Origin: Deltaproteobacteria bacterium
Lineage (GTDB): Bacteria > Myxococcota > JACPTQ01
Length of the DNA: 64,000 nt
NCBI GenBank assembly: GCA_016192705.1
Contig: JACPTQ010000043.1
Span: 65,437 to 129,436, forward strand
Reading direction: 5' to 3'
Numbering within the stretch: position 1 is the first letter of the stretch; every line of letters starts with the position of its first letter. Below, in pieces: positions 1 through 7,610 of the stretch. Below the pieces are notes generated by a model. It did not search any database. It was not told the origin of the DNA and worked only from the letters and a program-made list of their open reading frames with translations. Made by a program: the position numbers and the translations under genes.

Positions 1-1
1 T

Positions 2-319
2 GAGCTCACCATGATCCACGAGGTCATGGTCCTCGATCACGGCGGTGTCGACCTCGCCTTCATCCTCTATGGCGCCGCGATGAAACTCTTCCTGTTCGCA
101 ACGCTTCTCGTGCGCCTCGTTTTCCCGATGGGCGGCCGCGGGCTCGGCGAATCGCTCCTCATCCTTCTTGGGGGAACCCTCACCGTCGCCATCGCCATTG
201 GGGTCGTCGAATCGGTGATGGCGCGCTTCCGGCTCGTCCGCGTTCCGCAGTTTCTTATCGGCGCGTTCGTTCTCGCCGCCGTCGGTCTCGCCGTCCTCTT
301 CCACCGAGGAATCCCATGA
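2..319 (+). CDS. HycD/HyfC-like (NuoH-family) membrane subunit, C-terminal fragment; the gene starts upstream of the window
   Basis: The reading frame is open back to base 2. Motifs HEVMVLDHGG, KLFLFATL and ARFRLVRVPQFL resemble the conserved C-terminal helices of HycD/HyfC. HyfE-, HyfF- and HyfG-like genes follow in the same order. Confidence 0.7.
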   Translation, partial: ELTMIHEVMVLDHGGVDLAFILYGAAMKLFLFATLLVRLVFPMGGRGLGESLLILLGGTLTVAIAIGVVESVMARFRLVRVPQFLIGAFVLAAVGLAVLFHRGIP

Positions 320-479
320 TGCCGTTGATTGGCGCGCGACGAGCTGACCCATCTGGCGAGAATGGGTCGGATGCAAGGCGCCAAGGCGCGAGCACCCGAG
401 TCGTACTCCTCGGTACGTCGAGGGTGCGAGCAACGCAGGCAACGCAGCAGACGGCCCGTTATCGCCAGATGGGCGTCGC

Positions 480-1139
480 ATGATGGTCCTCGCCGATGTC
501 CTGCTCCTCATCGTGCTCATGCTCGGGCTCGCTATTGTTGGCACAAGCCGACTCTCGGCCGCCGTTCGCGCCTCCGCGATTCAAGGCGTCGCGCTCGCAA
601 TTCTCCCGCTCCTCCTTCGCGACGCCACATCGCCCACGCCCGTCGCGCTCGTCATCGCAACCGCACTCGGAACGCTCGCCATCAAAGCGATTCTCATCCC
701 GCATCTCCTCACGCGCGCCATTCGCGAAGCGAACGTCCGCCTCGAGGTCGAGCCAACAGTCAGCCTCCACCTCTCGCTCCTCCTTGCGGCCGTGCTCACC
801 GGCGTCGCCTTTTGGATCGGTTCTGCGCTGCCTCTCCCGCGACCCGCGCGCTCAAACCTCATCGTCCCGATCGCATTCGCGACCTTCTTCTTCGGTGCAC
901 TGGTGCTCGTCGGGCGCCGCAAGGCGGTGACGCAAGTTGTCGGCTACTTGCTTCTCGAAAACGGCATCTTTGTTTTTGGCCAATGCCTCGCGCAGGAAAC
1001 ACCGTTCGTCGTCGAGCTCGGCATTCTCCTCGACCTGCTCGTCGGTATCTTCGTCATGGGCATCGCGATCAACCATATCAGCCGCGAGTTTGAAGACATC
1101 GACACCGAAGCCCTCTCCTCGCTGAGGGACGACGACTAA
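480..1139 (+). CDS. HyfE-like small polytopic membrane subunit of a group-4-hydrogenase-like complex
   Basis: 219 aa and all-hydrophobic. Its size and position match HyfE/HycP. Its stop shares one base with the next ATG (TAATG at 1137-1141). Confidence 0.7.
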   Translation: MMVLADVLLLIVLMLGLAIVGTSRLSAAVRASAIQGVALAILPLLLRDATSPTPVALVIATALGTLAIKAILIPHLLTRAIREANVRLEVEPTVSLHLSLLLAAVLTGVAFWIGSALPLPRPARSNLIVPIAFATFFFGALVLVGRRKAVTQVVGYLLLENGIFVFGQCLAQETPFVVELGILLDLLVGIFVMGIAINHISREFEDIDTEALSSLRDDD

Positions 1140-2572
1140 TGGAATCTTTCCTCGGTCTTCTCGTCGTCGTCCCAGCCGTGTTGGGTGGACTCGCCTACTT
1201 TTTACGCCGCACGTCCGTCCAGCTCGCGCTCCTCCTCGCCGTCGCGATCGCGCACCTCGCAGGCGTCATCGCGCTTTGGTTTGGCCCGCACCTGACCCCT
1301 GCGGTGTTTCACCTCCGCGTCGACCCGATCGGCCTCCTCTTCCTCACAACGACAAGCGTCCTCTTCGTCGCCGCATCGCTCTACAGCATCGCCTACGTTC
1401 GCGGCGACACACACGACGAGCCCTCCGCGCGGCATCGCTTCGTCCCGTTCCTCCTTTGGTTTCTCGCAACGATGACGCTGGTCACGCTCGCCGAACACCT
1501 CGCGCTCCTTTGGGCCGCCGTCGAAGCGACAACTCTCGCGAGCGCCCCGCTTATCTATTACTACCGACGCCGCGCCGCGCTCGAAGCGACATGGAAGTAC
1601 CTCCTCATTTGCTCGGTTGGAATCGCACTCGCCCTGCTCGGAACGTTTTTTCTCGGCATCGCCGCCTCGGCAACACCCGGCGAAGCCCCCGCGCTTTCGC
1701 TCCCCGCGCTCATGGACGCCGCACCGCAAATGGCGAAACCGTGGCTCCGCGCGGCGTTCATCCTCGCGCTCGTCGGCTACGGCACAAAAATGGGGCTCGC
1801 CCCGCTTCACACCTGGCTCCCGGACGCGCACAGCCAAGCTCCATCACCCGTTTCAGCGCTTCTCTCGGGCGCACTTCTCAACTGCGCGTTCCTCGGCATC
1901 TTGCGCTTCTATCAAGTCTGCGTCGCATCGGGAGACAGCGCCTTTGCCGAAACGCTGCTCATCGTGCTCGGCGTCGCGTCGCTCATCGTCGCCGCGGCGT
2001 TTCTCATCCGTCAGCGCGACGTCAAACGCCTCTTCGCCTATTCGAGCGTCGAGAACATGGGCATCCTCGCCATCGGCGTCGGGATCGGTGGGAAAGCGGC
2101 TTTTGCGGCGCTCCTCCACGCGGTCAACCACTCGCTCTGCAAAGCGGCCCTCTTTTTCGTCGCGGGCAACGTGCTTCGCGCGTACGGCACAACGCGCGCG
2201 AGCGATGTCACGGGGGCGCTCAGGCGACTGCCGATCACGGGGACGCTGCTCGTTGTCGGCGTTCTCGCGATCGGGGGATTGCCGCCCTTTGGCGCCTTTG
2301 TCAGCGAATACATGATTTTCAACGCCGCGCTCGCGACGGGACACACGGTGCTTGGCGTTCTTTTCATCTCGCTTCTTGCTGTCGCGTTTTTGGGAATGGC
2401 GATGACCGTTTTCTCGATGGCACAGGGCGAGGGACATTCCGCGGGCCCTGAAGCGCCGCTCGCCGTGTTGCCGTCGCTTATTTTCCTTTCGATTGTTTTG
2501 TTGCTGGGACTTTATTTGCCGCCCGCGCTCTCGGATCTTCTGAGCGAGGCCGCGAAGGGGCTTGAACGATGA
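1139..2572 (+). CDS. HyfF/NuoN-like proton-translocating antiporter-type subunit
   Basis: 477 aa and multi-TM. Motifs GYGTKMGLAPLHTWLPDAH and AYSSVENMG are typical of the NuoL/M/N-Mrp antiporter family. Its stop overlaps the next start (ATGA). Confidence 0.8.
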   Translation: MESFLGLLVVVPAVLGGLAYFLRRTSVQLALLLAVAIAHLAGVIALWFGPHLTPAVFHLRVDPIGLLFLTTTSVLFVAASLYSIAYVRGDTHDEPSARHRFVPFLLWFLATMTLVTLAEHLALLWAAVEATTLASAPLIYYYRRRAALEATWKYLLICSVGIALALLGTFFLGIAASATPGEAPALSLPALMDAAPQMAKPWLRAAFILALVGYGTKMGLAPLHTWLPDAHSQAPSPVSALLSGALLNCAFLGILRFYQVCVASGDSAFAETLLIVLGVASLIVAAAFLIRQRDVKRLFAYSSVENMGILAIGVGIGGKAAFAALLHAVNHSLCKAALFFVAGNVLRAYGTTRASDVTGALRRLPITGTLLVVGVLAIGGLPPFGAFVSEYMIFNAALATGHTVLGVLFISLLAVAFLGMAMTVFSMAQGEGHSAGPEAPLAVLPSLIFLSIVLLLGLYLPPALSDLLSEAAKGLER

Positions 2573-4074
2573 GCGCCGCTTCTCGAGGAACGGTGCGCGT
2601 TCGAAACGGCGGCGTCGTTGCGCTTGGCGCGTTGCCGCCGCTTGAACCCGACGAATTCCGCGCCGTGTGCGGCGTCGCGCTAACGGCCGGCGGTCGACTT
2701 GTCGCGCTTCCCGCGTTCGCGCTCGGGACCGACGATGGTCGCGACGTCTTCGCTGTCATCGCGAACGACGACGAAAGTGAATTGACCGTCACGCGCACGC
2801 GCCTCGCGCGCGGCGCCGGTTTCGACGCACTTACCCCCGAGTTCCCCGAAGCGCAGGCGTTCGAGCGCGAACTCTTCGAGGACCACGGCATTATCCCGGT
2901 TGGCCACCCGTGGCTAAAACCGCTTCGCCAAGCGCACCTCAAGACGGATGCCGCGCAGCACACATTTTTTTCAGTCGACGGAGACGGCATTCACGAAGTC
3001 GCGGTCGGTCCGGTGCACGCGGGCGTCATCGAACCTGGCCATTTCCGTTTTCAATGCGCGGGCGAAGATGTGCTTCACCTAGAGATTCACCTCGGCTACC
3101 AGCACCGCGGCGCCGAGCGACTTTTGGTTCTGGGGTCTCCCGCGCGCCGGATCGCGGTCGCCGAATCTATTGCCGGAGATACCGCCGTCGGTCACGCGCT
3201 CGCGTATGCGCACGTCATCGAATCACTCGCGGGCGTCCGCCCACCGCTCGCCGCCCAGACGATCCGCGGTCTCGCGCTCGAGCTCGAACGCGTCGCCAAC
3301 CACGTCGGCGACTTGGGCGCGCTCGCGAACGACGTTGCGTTTTTGCCAGCGGCGGCTTGGTTTGGGCGTTTGCGCGGCGAGTTTTTGAACCTCCTCATGG
3401 CCCTTTCTGGAAACCGCTATGGGCGAGGCCTCGTTGTCACGGGCGGCGTGCGCTTCGGCCTCCCGTCCGACATGCGACAGGCGTTCACCGCGAAGCTCGC
3501 TGAAACCGAAGCCGATCTTCGCGCCACCGCCGAAACGCTGTTCTCATCGCCCTCTGTTTCTTCGCGCTTCGAGCAAACGGGTGTCGTGTCGGATGCCACC
3601 GCCGAAGATTTGGGTCTCGTCGGCGTCGTCGCCCGCGCAAGCCACGTGGCCCGCGATGCGCGTCGCGACCACCCCATCGGAATCTATCGCTTCGTGCACA
3701 TTCCGCTCGCACTCGCCGAAACAGGCGACGTGATGGCCCGCGCGGTGGTTCGCTGGATCGAAGTTCAGCGATCGCTCACGTTTCTTCGCGAGCAGATTGC
3801 CGAACTCGCGGAGGGTCCGCTTCGCACACCCAGCACCGCCGCGGATTCGTTTGCGCCCGATTCGCTGGCCGTCGCGCTCATCGAAGGATGGCGCGGCGAA
3901 ATCGCCCACGTTGCCGCGACCAATGGCAGCGGCGATCTTCGCGGCTACAAAGTCGTCGACCCGTCGTTCCACAACTGGTTCGGTCTCGCGATGGCGCTCC
4001 GCGACAACGCCATCTCCGATTTTCCGCTCTGCAACAAGAGTTTCAACCTCTCCTACGCGGGACACGATCTATGA
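2569..4074 (+). CDS. HycE/HyfG-like large subunit (NuoC-NuoD fusion) lacking the NiFe-ligand cysteines (Ehr-type)
   Basis: GPVHAGVIEPGHFRF and LEIHLGYQHRG match group-4 large subunits. The N-terminal CGxCxxxH motif reads AGDTAVGH (3172-3195). The C-terminal DPCxxC motif reads FPLCNKS. Confidence 0.85.
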   Translation: MSAASRGTVRVRNGGVVALGALPPLEPDEFRAVCGVALTAGGRLVALPAFALGTDDGRDVFAVIANDDESELTVTRTRLARGAGFDALTPEFPEAQAFERELFEDHGIIPVGHPWLKPLRQAHLKTDAAQHTFFSVDGDGIHEVAVGPVHAGVIEPGHFRFQCAGEDVLHLEIHLGYQHRGAERLLVLGSPARRIAVAESIAGDTAVGHALAYAHVIESLAGVRPPLAAQTIRGLALELERVANHVGDLGALANDVAFLPAAAWFGRLRGEFLNLLMALSGNRYGRGLVVTGGVRFGLPSDMRQAFTAKLAETEADLRATAETLFSSPSVSSRFEQTGVVSDATAEDLGLVGVVARASHVARDARRDHPIGIYRFVHIPLALAETGDVMARAVVRWIEVQRSLTFLREQIAELAEGPLRTPSTAADSFAPDSLAVALIEGWRGEIAHVAATNGSGDLRGYKVVDPSFHNWFGLAMALRDNAISDFPLCNKSFNLSYAGHDL

Positions 4075-4080
4075 GAAGAG

Positions 4081-4108
4081 TTGACAGTTCACAGTTGACA
4101 GTCGACAG
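4081..4108. repeat. Four tandem heptamers: TTGACAG TTCACAG TTGACAG TCGACAG
   Basis: Read directly. The repeat lies in the 63-nt spacer between the large-subunit stop (4072-4074) and the next ATG (4138). Confidence 0.9.
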
Positions 4109-4137
4109 AAGGAACCGGAAGCCCGGGGTGGTTTCGC

Positions 4138-4959
4138 ATGCTTGATATTCTGCAGGCCCGCTGGCGCCAAGGATTTCGCACCGTTCTGCTTCCGGTCACG
4201 CAAGATGCTTTTCCCGATCGCTTTCGCGGGCGGCCCATCATTGACTCCACGAAGTGCGTCGACGGTTGCCGCGCGTGCGTTGACGCATGCCCGACCGGTG
4301 CCATCACCATCACCGCTCCCGCACCCGCTACTGCTCCCGCAACCGCCACCGCACCCGTCTCCACCTCCGCACCCGCGAACCGAGTCACCCTCGACCTCGG
4401 CAAATGCATCTTCTGCCCCGCGTGCGTCGAAGCCTGCCCCACGGGCGCCATCACCTACACGCGCGACCATCGCCTCGCCGCGCGCACCCGCGACGACTTA
4501 CGCATCACCAACGCCGAAGCGCCAAAAATCGCGGCGCTCGATGCCGCGATGCGAAAACTCCTCGGCCGCGCCCTTCGCCTTCGCCAAGTCTCAGCCGGCG
4601 GCTGCAACGGCTGCGAGGCCGAGCTCGTCGCACTCGGCAACGTCGTCTTCGACATGAGCCGCTTCGGGATTCAATTCGTCGCTTCGCCTCGCCACGCGGA
4701 CGGCATCGTCATCACCGGCCCCGTCACACACAACATGCGTCAAGCCCTCATCGAAACCTACGAAGCGACGCCGGCGCCACGCATCGTCATTGCCGTCGGC
4801 GCCTGCGCCATCTCGCAAGGCGCCTTCGCATCCGAGAGCGGTCCCGTTTCCGGTATCCCACCCGAAATCCCCGTCGATCTCTTTATCCCCGGCTGCCCGC
4901 CGCATCCGCTCACCGTTCTCGACGGTCTTCTTCGAATGCTCGGCCGCAACGAATCGTAA
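4138..4959 (+). CDS. Fusion of a 2x[4Fe-4S] ferredoxin (HycF/NuoI-like) with a NuoB/HycG-like small subunit
   Basis: N-terminal motifs CVDGCRACVDACP and CIFCPACVEACP. The C-terminal part has GGCNGCEAEL, AVGACAISQG and IPGCPPHP, the four Cys of the NuoB-type cluster. Confidence 0.85.
   Translation: MLDILQARWRQGFRTVLLPVTQDAFPDRFRGRPIIDSTKCVDGCRACVDACPTGAITITAPAPATAPATATAPVSTSAPANRVTLDLGKCIFCPACVEACPTGAITYTRDHRLAARTRDDLRITNAEAPKIAALDAAMRKLLGRALRLRQVSAGGCNGCEAELVALGNVVFDMSRFGIQFVASPRHADGIVITGPVTHNMRQALIETYEATPAPRIVIAVGACAISQGAFASESGPVSGIPPEIPVDLFIPGCPPHPLTVLDGLLRMLGRNES
4315..4377. repeat. CCCGCW-type hexamer tract (C-rich on the top strand)
   Basis: gctcccgcacccgctactgctcccgcaaccgccaccgcaccc... 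It encodes APAPATAPATATAP between the two ferredoxin cluster motifs. Confidence 0.8.
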
Positions 4960-5042
4960 AAGCAAATCCCGATACCGTGACCGACCCGGCCCTACATCAG
5001 CCCCTATCCGCGCCACGCGAATCGGTGCTGTAATTATGGAGA

Positions 5043-6632
5043 ATGGAGGCGTCTGCGCTGAATTTGATGAGCCGCAACGTGCTCGCGGAGGAGAGTGCCC
5101 TCCTCAGTTACGCCGTCGAGCATATGGGCGAAGCCGTCGTTATCACCGACGCCGACGGCAACATTGAATACGTCAACGGCGCCTTCGAAACCGCCACGGG
5201 CTATCGGCGCGACGAAGTCTGCGGGAAAAACACACACTTCTTGCGAAGCGACCGGCACGACCGCGCTTTTTTCGACGAAATATCAGAAGCGCTCCGACGC
5301 GGTGAAGTTTGGAAGGGGCGTATCTTCAACCGTCGCAAGGACGGAACCACCCACGAAACCGACACGACGATCACGCCGTTTCGCGACTCATCGGGACGAA
5401 CGATCCACCACGTCGCGATCGCGCGCGATCTCACGCGCGATCTCAAGCTGGACGAGAGGATGCAGCAGGCGTCGCGCATGGACGCCATCGGCCAACTCTC
5501 GGGCGGGATCGCGCACGACTTCAACAACTTGCTGAGCGTCATTATCAACTACATCGGATTCGTGTCGCGCGAAATCCCAGCGACATTGCCACTTCAGCAA
5601 GACATCGCCGAGATCCAGAAAGCAGCGTTTCGCGCCGCGGCGCTCTCGCGCCAACTTCTTGTGTTCAGTCGCCAGCGCACCGTCGCCCTCGAAATCATCG
5701 ATGTCGACGAAGCGATTCGCGCCATCGTGAACCTCCTTCGCCGAACCGTCGGCGCCAACATCGAACTTCGCCACGATCCGGCGCCAGAGCTTTGGCGCAC
5801 CAAAGCCGATCGCGGGCAACTCGAGCAAATCCTCGTCAACCTCATCATCAACGCGCGTGACGCGATGCCGAACGGCGGTTCCGTCGTCTTGTCAACAACA
5901 AACGTCGCGCTCGACCACGAATTCGCGCGGCGTCATCCGGGTGTCGCGCCCGGCCACTACGTTCGCCTCACCGTGACCGACACCGGGTGCGGAATGGCCC
6001 CCGACGTTTCGGCGCGCGCGTTTGAGCCTTTCTTTACGACAAAGGCCACCGGCACGGGGCTTGGCCTCGCGACGGTCTTTGGGATCGTGAAAGGATTTGG
6101 CGGCAACATTTCGATCGATTCCGAGCCGGCAAAAGGAACCAGCATCGAAATCAACTTGCCGGCGGTCCCCGATCTCGCTCCCATGGCGACGGCAACCGGA
6201 ACTGAGAGCGCGAGCGCACCGGGTCGCGGCGAAACGGTTCTCGTCGCCGAGGACCACGACGCGGTGCGAACGATTGCGTGCCGTATCCTTGAGTCGAACG
6301 GCTACAAAACGATTGCAGCGACCGATGGCGTCGACGCGTTGACAGCAAGCGACGCGCACCACGGCCCCATCGACCTCCTCATCACAGACCTCGTCATGCC
6401 GCTCTTATCGGGTCGCGAGCTTGCGTTGCGCCTCCGCGAACGCCGTCCGCAGATCAAGATCCTCCTCATGTCGAGCTATCGTGAAAAGGACATGCCGCGC
6501 GGCCAGGCGACGATCGCGCTCCTCGACTTCATGATGAAACCGTTCACCGAGTCCGAGCTGCTTCGACGCGTGCGCGAGCTGCTCGATCGACCCGCTTCCG
6601 ACACGATTATTGAGCGGCCGAAAAAAACCTAA
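5043..6632 (+). CDS. PAS-domain hybrid sensor histidine kinase with a C-terminal receiver domain
   Basis: PAS (VITDADGNIEYVNGAFETATGY), HisKA H-box (GIAHDFNNLL), HATPase G-boxes (DTGCGM, GTGLGLA) and receiver (LITDLVMPLLSG). Confidence 0.9.
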   Translation: MEASALNLMSRNVLAEESALLSYAVEHMGEAVVITDADGNIEYVNGAFETATGYRRDEVCGKNTHFLRSDRHDRAFFDEISEALRRGEVWKGRIFNRRKDGTTHETDTTITPFRDSSGRTIHHVAIARDLTRDLKLDERMQQASRMDAIGQLSGGIAHDFNNLLSVIINYIGFVSREIPATLPLQQDIAEIQKAAFRAAALSRQLLVFSRQRTVALEIIDVDEAIRAIVNLLRRTVGANIELRHDPAPELWRTKADRGQLEQILVNLIINARDAMPNGGSVVLSTTNVALDHEFARRHPGVAPGHYVRLTVTDTGCGMAPDVSARAFEPFFTTKATGTGLGLATVFGIVKGFGGNISIDSEPAKGTSIEINLPAVPDLAPMATATGTESASAPGRGETVLVAEDHDAVRTIACRILESNGYKTIAATDGVDALTASDAHHGPIDLLITDLVMPLLSGRELALRLRERRPQIKILLMSSYREKDMPRGQATIALLDFMMKPFTESELLRRVRELLDRPASDTIIERPKKT

Positions 6633-7470
6633 GGACGCGCTCAGGATCGACCCGACCGTGCCCCGCGCCCTGCTGCGCATCAAATTCGATCTTGATCCCG
6701 CGTTCGCGGGCGCGACGTACAAACGCCGCCGCCCCTTCGAAGAGGCCGACGCGGTCGTTCGTTCCGCTCGAGACGTAAACGCGCGCGCCCGTCGGCGCCG
6801 ACTCCACGAGCCGAATCGGGTCGAACTGTCGCCACGTCGCGGACGAAGGGAAATGGCCACCAAATCGCGATTTCAGCACGCCCGCGTGGCTTGCCGCGAC
6901 GCGATTGCGACGCACAAACGCGTCCATTTCGCCGGGCATCGTCGGATCGAATGCGAAGAGCGTTGGCGACGACGCCGCGACCGCCTCGAACTTTACGGGG
7001 TGGCGCAAATAAATCGACAGCGCCGAAAACCCACCCATCGACACGCCCGCGATGAATCGTCGCCCGTCCCATCGGTCACCGAGCGCAAACTCCGCCTCAG
7101 CCATCACGCGCACAAACAGCATCGCTTCTTCATCTTCGCGGTAAAGCCGATACGGTCCGAGCGATACGCCGACAACGTGAAAGTGCTGCCCGAGGCTCCG
7201 CATCGCCGCCTGCGCCGAGCGGCCAAGCCCGCTCTCAGCCCATTCGCGCGCATCGCCGCCTCCCCCGTGAAAGTAATAAAGGACCGGCGCTCGCATTTCG
7301 ACGCGTTCGGCCCGTGTCACGCAAAAATCAAACGCGCCGCTTTTTTGGCAATTGGCGCGCAGGCTCGCGCACCCACCGAAACCGAGGCTCGCCGCCAAAA
7401 TCGCGGCCGAAAGCACGCCCTGCGATGCCGCCCTTCGTAACGCCCCGAACCTCGCGCATCCTGAACTCAT
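6607..7470 (-). CDS. Alpha/beta-hydrolase esterase, probable lipoprotein
   Basis: Esterase-family motifs YYFHGGGGD and GVSMGGFSAL (nucleophile elbow). I trimmed the start to ATG 7470, which gives signal/lipobox LGFGGC. The longer ORF-track start has no support. Confidence 0.75.
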   Translation of the reverse strand: MSSGCARFGALRRAASQGVLSAAILAASLGFGGCASLRANCQKSGAFDFCVTRAERVEMRAPVLYYFHGGGGDAREWAESGLGRSAQAAMRSLGQHFHVVGVSLGPYRLYREDEEAMLFVRVMAEAEFALGDRWDGRRFIAGVSMGGFSALSIYLRHPVKFEAVAASSPTLFAFDPTMPGEMDAFVRRNRVAASHAGVLKSRFGGHFPSSATWRQFDPIRLVESAPTGARVYVSSGTNDRVGLFEGAAAFVRRARERGIKIEFDAQQGAGHGRVDPERVLRFFSAAQ

Positions 7471-7610
7471 AAAGACGTGGTAATCTACACGACCTTCGCG
7501 GCGAAAGCGAGAACAATCTCGCCCGCACACGCTTTTTGTGGTATGGGGTTCGGTTTGCCGTCGCGCGAAGATGGCGCTCGACGACACGTGGTCCGACGGG
7601 AGGGGGCAAT

